Of a stretch of DNA of 64,000 bases, positions 9,468-19,978 are shown piece by piece. The DNA comes from a virus. The notes under the pieces were generated by a model. That model was not told where the DNA came from, searched no databases, and saw nothing but the letters and a program-made list of their open reading frames with translations. The stretch lies in IMG/VR virus record IMGVR_UViG_3300032242_002920, positions 32,001-96,000 of that record; one strand, given 5' to 3'. Positions within the stretch are counted from its first letter, which is position 1; each line of letters begins with the position of its first letter. The translations under genes were made by a program, and so were the position numbers.

Positions 9468-11918
9468 ATGGCCAGAACTTACGACAGACCACCCGGTGTA
9501 AAAGTCACCGAAGTTGCATCTACCAGCGTTGATCCGCTAATTGCCACTCCCGACCTTCTTTGCTTAGTTGGTCCCGCATCAGGAACTATTCAAAAGCAAG
9601 AATTAGTTGGTCCCCTAACTTATGTAACCGTCACCGGTGTAAGCTCTACTGCTGGCAGCAGTACGATTACTGTTACCGGTGGAGCATCTAACCTTTCAGT
9701 AGGGATGCTAGTAGAAAATGCTACCACCCCCGCTAATACAACTAGTCCCTTTGCACCAAATACGACTATTACAAATGTAAGCGGTAGCACAGTTACTTTA
9801 AGTCAAAACGCACTTGCAACCATTTCAAACGCCACAATCACTTGCGGCGTTCCAGTTAAATTTAATAACATTGGTACTACCGACGTACTTACTTTGTCAA
9901 GTGTAACTGCGGTTGCCGACCCGGATTCGACTCAAGCGCCCACTGGATATTCTTCAGCTAGCGGTTATTACAATAACATTGGTACCAGCACATATGGCGT
10001 CGCCAATTTGCAATTTGGATCATATTATTTTAATCCAACAAATCACACAATTGCTCCTAGGGCAGTTATTGCTAAAGCTGCTTTAAAGGCCGATGTTACG
10101 TCAAGTAGCACGACAATTACAGCAATTGGTGATCCAGATCAATTTTGTTCAAGCGGAACGATTATCATTAATGATTCTACAAATGGATCAGAGCAAATTT
10201 CTTATACCGGAATTACTACCCCAGCCGATGAATACCAAACAATTACTCTTTTAAACGCTACCGGCGGAACTTTTACTCTTAGCTTCAATGGCGTCACAAT
10301 TGCAACTCCCCTTAATTCTACTGCAAGTTCAAGTGATGTTCAATCGGCACTAGCCGGATTGTCTACCATTGGTGGTACTGGTAACGTAAGCGTTTCCGGA
10401 TCTAATGGTGGCCCTTATCGGGTTGAATTCAAAGGCAACTTTGCTGGTACAAACGTTCCATCTATTGTTGCAAATGGAGCCGCTCTTACAGGAACCAGTC
10501 CAACAATTACGGTAGCCGTAGCAACTTCCGGGGACAACAGCGAATTTGATTTCACAGGGTGCACAAGAGGAATTAATTCAACAAATGCCGTTGGTCACTC
10601 AGCAGATACCGGCACAAACACTTCAATCCAACAGGGTTTGGCGGTTCCAAGCGGAAGGTCCGTATTTGTTACATACAATTATACTCCGGCTAATTATTAT
10701 CAACCATATCTTATTGATGGCGCTACAACAAGCGACATTGAAAGTCGTTTTGGTCAAGCTGTTTCAAGCACCGATGGTGTGACAGTTATTTCACCACTTT
10801 CGCTTGCTGCTAAAATTGCAATTGAAAACGGTGCCAATCGATTCATCCTTCAACCATTGTTTTATTCGCCCGACACGGATGATGTCATGGCAAATAGGCA
10901 GGCTCCAACTAATGCTCAATCAGTTCTTGCAGATACATGGGCCAAGGTATTCAAAGGACTAAGAAGCCAAAGAAATATTGGCGTAATTGTTCCAATTCTT
11001 GGGCAAACTGCATCTTATACATATGGATCAGATGGAACTACAACTCCGGCAGATTTGACATCAACTGCCGATGCATTGCAAATTAACGTTGCAAAGAAAC
11101 TTCAAGAGCATATTGCATTTGTTGATCAAAATAATCAACAGTACACAATTGGTATTTTTGGCGAAGATTCGACTCAGGCCACAACTGCTCATAATTATGC
11201 TGATCGAGTTACCGTTCTCTTTAATCACATTAAACAACTTCAAACTTATGTAAGCAATAATACTTCCTACAATGAGCGCATGGTATTTATTGCTCAAACC
11301 AAGTTTAGTAAACCATCACTTACCGGCGGAACTACACCAATGTATCTTGGCGGTCAGTATGCCGCAGCAGCTATTGGCGGAATGCTCGTATCTCGCTCAG
11401 TTGCAACGCCTTTAACAAGAAAGGCCCTCGGTTCATTTTCAACTGTTGAAGATCTTAGAACTGATAAGAATAAAACGGAAGATTCTGGCCTTGGATTCTT
11501 GGTTATTGAACAAAAGAGGGATGGCACCATTCAGGTTCGTCATTCGCTTACTACAGATGTTACCAGTGTTGCCAAATCTGAACTTTCGGTTGTTAGGGCT
11601 AAATACTTTATGCTTAATTCTTTGGTTAACACCATTGATACTCAAATTATTGGCAAGATGGTTGCGGACGATGCTGCGCCTATTACAATTCAGACAACAA
11701 TTTCAAATGCCCTTAGAACTCTTCAAGAGGATGGAAATATCGTTGGATTTAGCGGAGTACAGGCAACTCCAAAATCAACGGATCCAACAATTATTGAAGT
11801 ACGATTTAATTATCGCCCAGCATTCCCAATCAACTACATTAATATCGCCTTTACAGTTGACTTAACTACTGGGGCCACATCAGTTACAACTGCGGACCAA
11901 GCTAACTTAGGAGCATAA
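9468..11918 (+). CDS. Contractile tail sheath protein with inserted accessory domains
   Basis: YDRPPGVKVTE N-terminus and IEVRFNYRPAFPINYINIAF C-terminus are sheath hallmarks. Confidence 0.9.
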   Translation: MARTYDRPPGVKVTEVASTSVDPLIATPDLLCLVGPASGTIQKQELVGPLTYVTVTGVSSTAGSSTITVTGGASNLSVGMLVENATTPANTTSPFAPNTTITNVSGSTVTLSQNALATISNATITCGVPVKFNNIGTTDVLTLSSVTAVADPDSTQAPTGYSSASGYYNNIGTSTYGVANLQFGSYYFNPTNHTIAPRAVIAKAALKADVTSSSTTITAIGDPDQFCSSGTIIINDSTNGSEQISYTGITTPADEYQTITLLNATGGTFTLSFNGVTIATPLNSTASSSDVQSALAGLSTIGGTGNVSVSGSNGGPYRVEFKGNFAGTNVPSIVANGAALTGTSPTITVAVATSGDNSEFDFTGCTRGINSTNAVGHSADTGTNTSIQQGLAVPSGRSVFVTYNYTPANYYQPYLIDGATTSDIESRFGQAVSSTDGVTVISPLSLAAKIAIENGANRFILQPLFYSPDTDDVMANRQAPTNAQSVLADTWAKVFKGLRSQRNIGVIVPILGQTASYTYGSDGTTTPADLTSTADALQINVAKKLQEHIAFVDQNNQQYTIGIFGEDSTQATTAHNYADRVTVLFNHIKQLQTYVSNNTSYNERMVFIAQTKFSKPSLTGGTTPMYLGGQYAAAAIGGMLVSRSVATPLTRKALGSFSTVEDLRTDKNKTEDSGLGFLVIEQKRDGTIQVRHSLTTDVTSVAKSELSVVRAKYFMLNSLVNTIDTQIIGKMVADDAAPITIQTTISNALRTLQEDGNIVGFSGVQATPKSTDPTIIEVRFNYRPAFPINYINIAFTVDLTTGATSVTTADQANLGA

Positions 11919-11921
11919 TAA

Positions 11922-12542
11922 ATGGCAGGAGATCTTAACGGAGCGCAAAATCGCGCAAGAGTAGGCGGCTCTGGTTTTACCGTCTTTACATGGGGTAATA
12001 AACCAATCCTTTTTGCTCGTCAGATTTCGCATCAGTCACCAATGCCCGTTGGCGCTGGTACCGTGCCAATTCATCCAATGGATGAGCCATATCCAGTTGA
12101 GCTTATTACACCTCAGGCCGCTTCAATGGGCACCCTTGTACTTGAGCTTTACGAACTTTATGGCGCACAAGTTTGGGAGCGTCTTGCTGACTATCTTGGT
12201 GGAGACGTTAGGGCCACTGGTACCGGTAGAGGTCCAGTAGACATTGTAGGCATCTTTCAAGCAGTTGCTAATACTCCAGACCCAATTCGCATTGTCAAGT
12301 ACGTCAAGCCACCACAAATTCGCGGCAAGAAAATGGCTCCTTACACAGAGGAATATCACAACTGCGTGATTTCTCAGGTAATGGACGGCGAAACAATTGA
12401 AGTTGGTACGATGGAAGTCATCAAACAACTTACTGTTAATTACACTTACATGACTCGTGGCGGCCAGAATAAGGTTGTCGATGGTTCTAAGTCTAAGAAC
12501 CTTGGCGGAGTATCTAACTCCGTTACTACGTCGTTTGTGTGA
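11922..12542 (+). CDS. Tail tube protein
   Basis: Follows the sheath; RVGGSGFTVF...YHNCVI...DGETIEVGTME. Confidence 0.8.
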   Translation: MAGDLNGAQNRARVGGSGFTVFTWGNKPILFARQISHQSPMPVGAGTVPIHPMDEPYPVELITPQAASMGTLVLELYELYGAQVWERLADYLGGDVRATGTGRGPVDIVGIFQAVANTPDPIRIVKYVKPPQIRGKKMAPYTEEYHNCVISQVMDGETIEVGTMEVIKQLTVNYTYMTRGGQNKVVDGSKSKNLGGVSNSVTTSFV

Positions 12543-12606
12543 TTTACGCTCTATAATTTATAGAAAAGTTTCCAGATTATTCTGGATCAGTTAAGGAGCG
12601 TCTTAT

Positions 12607-13131
12607 ATGGTAGAGGAAAACGTTGATCGTTTCCCTGATGAAGTTGTACAGGATGTAGATGGTTTACTATGGTTAGGTTTCCTTGAAGAAACCGTTGAGT
12701 TTTGTGGTCACGAATTTGTTATTCGTACACTTAAACTTGAAGATGAAATGCTTGCTGGCCTAGCAACTAAAGATTATAAAGATTCCGTTTCTCAAGGTAA
12801 GGCTTGGGTTGCGGCTCAGGTCGGAATGGCTCTTGTTTCTGTTGATGGAGATGAAAGTTTTTGTCCTCAAGCTAGTCCAAATAAAACAGATTATGCACGA
12901 GCTAGATTCAAGTATGTTACCAGCAATTGGTATGAACCTACAATTAATTACATTTATGTTAAGTATCTCGAATTGTTAGAACGACAAGAAGCAGTACTGA
13001 GAGAAATGGAAAATTTATCTCAAGAGGGTCGGATTTCGTATATGGCCTCGCCCGACTCTTCGACAAAGAAGGCAGATTCAATGCCGGAGGCAGCAATCAT
13101 GGAGTTTCTGGAGGACGAGGACGAGGATTAA
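12607..13131 (+). CDS. Tail assembly chaperone (G-like, unshifted product)
   Basis: Lies between tube and tape measure; AAGGAG RBS; contains a slippery site. Confidence 0.8.
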   Translation: MVEENVDRFPDEVVQDVDGLLWLGFLEETVEFCGHEFVIRTLKLEDEMLAGLATKDYKDSVSQGKAWVAAQVGMALVSVDGDESFCPQASPNKTDYARARFKYVTSNWYEPTINYIYVKYLELLERQEAVLREMENLSQEGRISYMASPDSSTKKADSMPEAAIMEFLEDEDED

Positions 13132-13373
13132 ACGCCGTTCAAAGGAGACTTTTAGTTTATATGCTTGAAAGAGATTCTGAAAGAGAGCAAAAAATTAGAG
13201 AAGATGATTTTAAATCTCTTGTATTTGCTAATAATCCAGATCTTTATCAATCAATTTATGGTGAAGATTCAGAAGTTATTGACGAGGAAAGCCTTGAACA
13301 CGTCATTCCAGACTCAGATCAAGATTTTAATAAATTAATGCGTGAGCTTCAACAACTTGGAGTGATTGAATAA
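12607..13373 (+). CDS. Tail assembly chaperone GT-like fusion via -1 frameshift at 13011-13017
   Basis: In-frame A AAT TTA heptamer; the -1 frame is open (ISRGSDFVYGLARLF...LLVYMLERDSE) through to TAA 13373. Confidence 0.75.
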
Positions 13374-13375
13374 TT

Positions 13376-13675
13376 TTAAGAAAAAATCTCATCTATAATT
13401 TTATTAATTCTAGCCTGACGCTCTTCTTCAAGTTCTTGACGCACTTTGGCTCTAAGAGCTTCCAAGTCTTCGGGGTTAGTAGGAGTTGGCGGGCCTCCCG
13501 CTGGAACATTAAAAATTGCGTCGGGCAGAGAGATAAGAAAAAATTCAACTATTGCCCAAAAAATTCCAACTGGAATTACGATTGGAGCAAGCAAAATAGC
13601 TTGCCAAATCGTCAGTTCGTTAAAAAGCCCAAATGCTCCGGCTGCTTTGCGATATTCGTATTCTAGATTTCCCAT
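13376..13675 (-). CDS. Small membrane protein (moron) between chaperone and tape measure
   Basis: Hydrophobic segment IWQAILLAPIVIPVGIFWAIVEFFLISL; own promoter TTGATT-17-TAGTAT at 13712-13684. Confidence 0.6.
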   Translation of the reverse strand: MGNLEYEYRKAAGAFGLFNELTIWQAILLAPIVIPVGIFWAIVEFFLISLPDAIFNVPAGGPPTPTNPEDLEALRAKVRQELEEERQARINKIIDEIFS

Positions 13676-13723
13676 AGTTAGAGATACTACCATACCGCAT
13701 CATAATAATCAAGAGAATCTATA

Positions 13724-15487
13724 ATGCCTGAACAAAATCCAGAAAATCCCGGTTTTGATCCCACTATTTTGTCGGCTGCGGTTGCAGACGGCTTAGCTCG
13801 GGCAATGGAAAATCCTTCTGTTAAAGAAGCAATTGCCAAAATCATTGAGCATAAAGACAAAGGCGATTCAGGTCGCAACCTAAGTACGGCTGAAAAGGTT
13901 CAAAAAGCCGTTAGTACTAGTAGGCAAAGATTTACTGATGGCGACGAAAGACATACTAGTGGGGTCTCTTCTAGTGCCTCACGCGCCTCCAGAGGCCTTT
14001 TAGCGGGTCTTAGAGGCGAAAAGCTTTCAGAAGGGGAATACTACTCGGTTCCGCCCGGATTTGGAAATATGAGCGGTCGTATCACTGCTCAAAATGTTGC
14101 GCAAATGATCGCTAACAGACAGTACGCACGTATTGAAAATGCGGCACCCGGAAGCGCTGAACAGGAAGCGGCTATTCGTGGTTATAATAGGGCGTCTTAT
14201 TTTCAAAATGAATTAATTCCTATGGCCAAAGCTGGTCAGCAATTTTATAGACAATTTGCTCAACCAACGTATCGTAAAATGCAAGACATTTCGGCATACG
14301 GCGGAACTCAAATTACCGGTCCAGTAGGAGGCAACATTGGTACCTCTGGGTTTGGATTTAGAAATCCATTTAACGCAGCTTTTAGTCAAGGTTTAGGCAT
14401 TAAAATGCATCAAATGGGCGAGGCTTTGGCACCCGGACTAAATATGCAGCAAATGCAACAAATTGATAACACCTTATTTGGAATGGGATTTAATTTTAAT
14501 AATCCAAGATTTAGTCCTATGGAAAAAGCCTTAGAGAATATTACTCAATATAATCCTGCAATTGATACTGGGCTTGCTGGTCAAACTATGAATTATGCTG
14601 GTCGATATGGAACTACCGAAGATATTGCAAAATTAACTAGTACTATTGAAAATCTTGGCAAAGTGGCTGCTGGCAGTAACGTAAGTATTACTCAACTTCA
14701 ACAGCAGATTGTTTCTTACCAGCAAACTGCGGGTATGAGGGGCGGGCTTGCTACGCAATCGGGTCAGGCCGCCTCATATCTTGCAGAAAGATTTCCGGGA
14801 ATGGATCCAAGCATGTTTTCAAATCTTGCGGCCACTAATCCAATGGTTCAACAATATGCTATGAAAATGGGATATCAATCATATCAAGTTGGAGCAATGA
14901 ACGGTAAAGAATTGTCTCAAGCTACTATGGGCGGAATTGGCGACGCATGGAAGCAAATTACTGGTCGCGATATTATGCACCTTGACCCGCACTATCTTAA
15001 CACCAAAGAGGGAAGAAAAGCGCTGGGAACATTGCAGGGACTTTATGGTTTCAATGTCGATGCAAATCAGTTGCAAAATCTCATAAAAAATGAGAAAAAT
15101 AGACAGCGAGCGGATTCAGCATTGACTGAACTTGGCAACATTAAAACGCACAAATATAAATCTAGTCCGGGGCCACATTTTCACGATGCTAAAAAGTATC
15201 ACGATCCAGATCAAGCAGATTTATCAAGCGTTTCTCACGTACTTGCAACTGCTGGTTATAAAAAATCTGATATTGATAAAATTATGGATGATGTAACCGG
15301 ACCCGGAGGAACGCTCAAACAAGGTTGGCGAGATAAGATTCGACAAAAAATTGACCAACGTAGAACCGGGGATAAGCCTGCGAAAAATGATATTGACAGA
15401 ATGATCAAATCTTTGAATGATGCGGCCAATGCTGCCAAGGATTGGAAAAACAATAATCCAGATCCGCCAAGAAAGAATGGTGGTTGA
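13724..15487 (+). CDS. Tape measure protein (short)
   Basis: Follows the chaperone; 587 aa, rich in Ala/Gln/Gly/Met, predicted helical. Confidence 0.7.
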   Translation: MPEQNPENPGFDPTILSAAVADGLARAMENPSVKEAIAKIIEHKDKGDSGRNLSTAEKVQKAVSTSRQRFTDGDERHTSGVSSSASRASRGLLAGLRGEKLSEGEYYSVPPGFGNMSGRITAQNVAQMIANRQYARIENAAPGSAEQEAAIRGYNRASYFQNELIPMAKAGQQFYRQFAQPTYRKMQDISAYGGTQITGPVGGNIGTSGFGFRNPFNAAFSQGLGIKMHQMGEALAPGLNMQQMQQIDNTLFGMGFNFNNPRFSPMEKALENITQYNPAIDTGLAGQTMNYAGRYGTTEDIAKLTSTIENLGKVAAGSNVSITQLQQQIVSYQQTAGMRGGLATQSGQAASYLAERFPGMDPSMFSNLAATNPMVQQYAMKMGYQSYQVGAMNGKELSQATMGGIGDAWKQITGRDIMHLDPHYLNTKEGRKALGTLQGLYGFNVDANQLQNLIKNEKNRQRADSALTELGNIKTHKYKSSPGPHFHDAKKYHDPDQADLSSVSHVLATAGYKKSDIDKIMDDVTGPGGTLKQGWRDKIRQKIDQRRTGDKPAKNDIDRMIKSLNDAANAAKDWKNNNPDPPRKNGG

Positions 15488-15489
15488 TT

Positions 15490-16260
15490 ATGGCTGGATC
15501 TAAAGATAAAATTGTTTTTTCTCATCCCGCTTTAAGTGATGATTTGACCGTTGATGTCAATCCAGATTCCATTACTTGGTCTTATGGATTAAACACTCAA
15601 AATTATCCAACATTCGGTGGAGAAGTTGTTCAAATTCTTTCAATGTTTATTGAGGACATGACTATCACCGGTACAGTTGGTTCGTATGCAAAAATGGAAA
15701 AAATTTATAGTTGGTTTGTTGCTTATATGGAAAGGGCGACGCAAGGAAAAAGTCAGGCATACGATACAACTCCAGTCACGTTTTGGTACCCGACTCGTGG
15801 ATGGAAATTTTTAATTCAACCTAAAGCCGCCCCCGGCTTTAAATATGGCAAAGATGTTGTTGCTCCTACATGGTCGGTATCTGCCGCTGTTGTTGAATCT
15901 CCAGAAAGTTTTCAAAATACCTTGCAATCTACGGCTGAGGCTCAGGCTATGCAAGACCCTGAATTTAAACCATTTGGTACAGCTACTGCTCGTATTGGAT
16001 ACAGCGAATTTAATCCTTGGACAACACCAAATACTGGTAAGTCCTATAAGGAAGGTGCAACCAAAGAATATTATGCAGAATTAAGTGGTGCTAATGGCCC
16101 ATTTAATTCATTTATGAAATCTTGGCTTGGAGAAGGGTCGTCTGTTGCAGAAGCACTTGGAGCTAATTATTCTAAACCAGCATTTATGAATCCGGGTGCC
16201 GCCAAGGATGGCGCTCGTCGTCCTGATGGAACCACTCCCAAAACTCAAGGCGGTCAATAA
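15490..16260 (+). CDS. Baseplate / tube initiator protein
   Basis: VNPDSITWSYGLNTQNYPTFGGEVVQILS tube-like fold; directly after the tape measure. Confidence 0.6.
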   Translation: MAGSKDKIVFSHPALSDDLTVDVNPDSITWSYGLNTQNYPTFGGEVVQILSMFIEDMTITGTVGSYAKMEKIYSWFVAYMERATQGKSQAYDTTPVTFWYPTRGWKFLIQPKAAPGFKYGKDVVAPTWSVSAAVVESPESFQNTLQSTAEAQAMQDPEFKPFGTATARIGYSEFNPWTTPNTGKSYKEGATKEYYAELSGANGPFNSFMKSWLGEGSSVAEALGANYSKPAFMNPGAAKDGARRPDGTTPKTQGGQ

Positions 16261-17076
16261 ATGGCTGATAAAATTAAATATACTACACAAGACGCAGCTT
16301 TTTTAAATAGACAAGTTGGTCCACGACCTGATTTGGGTTGGGCGGTTAATAGTCCAGACATCAGTGCTAATGATAGTAAAAATTGGACCGTTCAATTAGT
16401 TAAAGCAAATAAAAAATATCTTAACCTTTGGGTTGAAGAAGCAGATATTGATTTTTCAATGTCCGGAACTACTGGTCAAAGTCGTTATAGAAGAGAATTT
16501 TATCCGCACTCTTTTAACGAACCTACATTGGTGCTAAAGGGTCGTATGCCAAATCAAAGAGAGTATAACAAATTAGCGGCGTTTGTTCGCGAGTCTCATT
16601 CAGAAGCACTTAATGCCAATGTTAATTACTCTGAAAAATCAGCAGGAAAGAAAGCTTACCCTACGGTTTCTTTAATTATGAGACCCCATGCCCCTGAAAA
16701 TCGTTTTCCAAGAACTCAAAAAGGTGGTCACCGGGGAATGCAACTTGAAGGATACATTAAATCGATTGCTGCGGGAGCACAAAAATTTGAATTCGCACCT
16801 GCATTTGAAATTCAATTTATTGTTGCGTCATCCGCCGTTTCTTCTGGAATTGGAATTTATCAAGATGATCTCGACCCCGGCTCTCAAGTTGTTAGTTGGA
16901 TGTCTATTTTTAAAGACGGTTATCTTGGTGCCAAATCTGGTTATCAAATTAAAGAGGCGATTGGACAAAGTACTCCGGGTTATTATATTAATGCTGCCGG
17001 AGAATCCGTTATTGAGCAACCTAAAGGTGCGCAAATTAATCACCGAGGCGTGGTTCCAAACGATTTAAGTAAATAA
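16261..17076 (+). CDS. Baseplate protein
   Basis: Abuts neighbours in the baseplate cluster. Confidence 0.5.
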   Translation: MADKIKYTTQDAAFLNRQVGPRPDLGWAVNSPDISANDSKNWTVQLVKANKKYLNLWVEEADIDFSMSGTTGQSRYRREFYPHSFNEPTLVLKGRMPNQREYNKLAAFVRESHSEALNANVNYSEKSAGKKAYPTVSLIMRPHAPENRFPRTQKGGHRGMQLEGYIKSIAAGAQKFEFAPAFEIQFIVASSAVSSGIGIYQDDLDPGSQVVSWMSIFKDGYLGAKSGYQIKEAIGQSTPGYYINAAGESVIEQPKGAQINHRGVVPNDLSK

Positions 17077-17077
17077 T

Positions 17078-18700
17078 ATGAAAAGACTAGTTTATTCGCC
17101 TTCAGTTAAAGCGTGGGTAAAATCTGATTCAGGAGTAATAGATTTAAGTCCATATATCACTGATTGCAAAATTGAAAGAAAAGTAAATGATATAAGTACC
17201 GCTGAAATTACCTTTAGAAATCCTAGGGTATTACAAGACGGTAAACCTCGTTTTATGTTCACCGAAAAAACAAAAAACGATGGAACTGTTGGACCCGTTT
17301 TTCATCCTATGGACCCCATCACAATTGTTTTAAAAAGACTTGATGGCAAACCCGTTCAAGTATTTACGGGATATTGCGACAACGTGCCATATGTTCAGTT
17401 GTTTCCCGGAACTGCAAAAATTACTGCATCTTGTACTCTTAAAAGACTTCTTTACACTTATTGGGATCCGGGACTTGTTTTTGTTCGTGATTTTATGAAA
17501 AATTATGGATGGAGTTTAGGTGGCGATGGAGTAGTTCGACGCGGAAGTGGTGATTCGTATTTAACAGACACCACAAAAATTACTAATAATCAATTAAATG
17601 ATTCCAGTATTGGCAATTTGGTTTATGTTGTTTTAAATGAAATCGGTGGCTGGGATCCAAGTAATATTTTTATTGAACCACTTCCAGAAAATATTGGCGG
17701 AATTATCAGTCAATTATTTGATCAAATTGTAAGCGATAATAAAAAAGTTAATGCTGACATAGCAAAAGTGTTACAAGACATTGTTGGTAGCGGATCTTTT
17801 GGTACGTCAGGAACAGGATCGGGTATTTCAAATCAAACCACCGGCACGGTAACCATTATTGGTGACAGTATTACATACTACAGTGAAACTGCAATTCAGA
17901 ATGCAATATCAAACGCTCAAATTTTTGCGCAGATAGGAAAGCATATGAAACTTGATGCGGGAACAACTAACGGTGGAGATTCTGGATTAAAAATTCTTAA
18001 AGATAATAAAAATTCGCTTGGCGATGTTGTTGTTATTGCCTTGGGAACAAATGATGAAGACGTAAAAAATCCATCAACGTTTGAAGGTTGGATCGATCAA
18101 GCAATGCAAATTATTGGTTCTACTAAAACCGCCGTATTTGTTACTGTAACAAATAATGATAATGTTAACAATGCTATTAGAAATAGGGTTGCAAAATTTA
18201 ATAATTTAAAAATTGCCGATTGGAAATCAAAGGCACAACTTGGACCAGATGGCATTCACCCTACCGCTCACGGTCAAAAGGTATTTGCAAAAACTATAGC
18301 AGATGTTGTTAATTCAATTTTACCTGCAAACCCAGAAGCTACTACGGGAACTGCGGTTTACGAAGGAATTCGTATGGCGTCTTGGATTGTTCCAATTCTT
18401 AAATGGGCAAGGCAACATGGTTGGAATGGAACAATTATAAATGGATATAGATCATACGCTAAGCAAAAAGAACTTCATGACGCATGGATTGCAAGAGGCA
18501 AAACTGGTCTTCCGGCAGCCGCGCCGGGTACAAGTAATCACGAAGGAAGCGAGTTTCCTCGCGGTGCTGTCGATGTAGATGAAGCTTCCGCTCCCGAATT
18601 AAGTAGAATTCTTTTAAGTGGGCCATACGCTACTACTTTGGTATACGCTGGAGATGCTGACGTTGTTCACTTTTCACATCCTCATAACGGTGGATTTTAA
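17078..18700 (+). CDS. Baseplate hub N-terminal paralog 1 + SGNH esterase + M15 (VanY-like) Zn peptidase
   Basis: Shared ~240 aa MKRLVYSP domain; GDS, GTND and DGIH SGNH blocks; GYRS...SNHEG...AVD...DVVH M15 motifs. Confidence 0.8.
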   Translation: MKRLVYSPSVKAWVKSDSGVIDLSPYITDCKIERKVNDISTAEITFRNPRVLQDGKPRFMFTEKTKNDGTVGPVFHPMDPITIVLKRLDGKPVQVFTGYCDNVPYVQLFPGTAKITASCTLKRLLYTYWDPGLVFVRDFMKNYGWSLGGDGVVRRGSGDSYLTDTTKITNNQLNDSSIGNLVYVVLNEIGGWDPSNIFIEPLPENIGGIISQLFDQIVSDNKKVNADIAKVLQDIVGSGSFGTSGTGSGISNQTTGTVTIIGDSITYYSETAIQNAISNAQIFAQIGKHMKLDAGTTNGGDSGLKILKDNKNSLGDVVVIALGTNDEDVKNPSTFEGWIDQAMQIIGSTKTAVFVTVTNNDNVNNAIRNRVAKFNNLKIADWKSKAQLGPDGIHPTAHGQKVFAKTIADVVNSILPANPEATTGTAVYEGIRMASWIVPILKWARQHGWNGTIINGYRSYAKQKELHDAWIARGKTGLPAAAPGTSNHEGSEFPRGAVDVDEASAPELSRILLSGPYATTLVYAGDADVVHFSHPHNGGF

Positions 18701-19978
18701 ATGAAACGCCTTGTATATAGCCCTTCAGTTAAAGCGTGGGTAAAAACTGATTCTGGTGTTGTAGATCTTAGTCCGTATATTATTAACTGTACAATTAAAA
18801 GAAATATTGACGATGTTAGTAAAGCTGAAATTACTTTTAGAAATCCTAAAGTAATTCAAAGCGGTAAAAACAGATTCATGTTTACTGAACACGAAGATGA
18901 AAATGGTCAAATCAAACCAGTTTTTCACCCCATGGATCCTATCACAATTGTTATGGAAAGAGTTGCAAATAAACCCGTTCAAGTATTTACCGGTTATTGC
19001 GATACAACTCCATATGTTCAATTATTTCCGGGTGCCGCTAAAATTAACGCGTCTTGTACTTTAAAGAGACTTTTGTATACGTACTGGGATCCCGGCCTTC
19101 TTTTTGTTCGCGATTTTATGAAAAATTACGGATGGACTATTGGTAATAACGGTCAAGCCGTAAATGAAAAACTTTCGACAAAAGCAGAAAATTTTGCTGA
19201 TAAACCGGCTAAATCGGTCAATCTTAATGATTCTAGTATCGGCAATTTAGTTTATGCAACTCTTAATGAAATTGGCGGCTGGGACCCAAGTAATATTTAC
19301 ATTCAACCTTTGCCCGACAATATTGCAACAACTGTATCCAAACTTTTTGACGAAATTGTTCAAGAAGACAAAAATATTGAAGAAAGTTTAGCGGATGTTA
19401 TGCAAAAAATTGTTGGTAGTGGAAGTTATGGAACTCTAGGTACCGTGAATGGTAGCAGTCAAGCATCTACTGGGGGTGGTGGAAGCGTTGGAACGGCCCC
19501 CGTTGCGGCGGCAAATGCCCCACAATTATTACAAAAATTAATTAACGAATGTAATCGTATTGCAAATCATAGGACCTATTATTCTCAAGCGCACAGAAAT
19601 GGTTCCGCTGGTGTTCAACAACCAAATAAAGCCAGTGACGGGTCGTATTATTTTGACTGCTCTAGTTTTGTATCATATATAATGAATTTCATCGGACATT
19701 ATGGGGGCAATATGACTTGGGCAGAAGTTTCAGGATGGTTTCAAAGTAGCTGGGGTAAACAGGGCAAGGGTAAATACTTAACTGTTTGGGCTAACCCGGA
19801 GCACGTTTTCTTAGAGATTAAAGATCAAAATGGATCGTCTAAATTTATTGGAACTTCGAGTTATATTGAGGGGCAAAATCCCGATTCAAATAGTCCCGTT
19901 GGTCACAGTCATACAGTTGGTTGGATGGGCAGTTATACCACTGATGCGTTTACTCCTAAGCACATTCCGGGGTTTTAA
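18701..19978 (+). CDS. Baseplate hub N-terminal paralog 2 + NlpC/P60 peptidase
   Basis: Shared MKRLVYSP domain; FDCSSFVSY...WANPEHVFL. Confidence 0.8.
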   Translation: MKRLVYSPSVKAWVKTDSGVVDLSPYIINCTIKRNIDDVSKAEITFRNPKVIQSGKNRFMFTEHEDENGQIKPVFHPMDPITIVMERVANKPVQVFTGYCDTTPYVQLFPGAAKINASCTLKRLLYTYWDPGLLFVRDFMKNYGWTIGNNGQAVNEKLSTKAENFADKPAKSVNLNDSSIGNLVYATLNEIGGWDPSNIYIQPLPDNIATTVSKLFDEIVQEDKNIEESLADVMQKIVGSGSYGTLGTVNGSSQASTGGGGSVGTAPVAAANAPQLLQKLINECNRIANHRTYYSQAHRNGSAGVQQPNKASDGSYYFDCSSFVSYIMNFIGHYGGNMTWAEVSGWFQSSWGKQGKGKYLTVWANPEHVFLEIKDQNGSSKFIGTSSYIEGQNPDSNSPVGHSHTVGWMGSYTTDAFTPKHIPGF

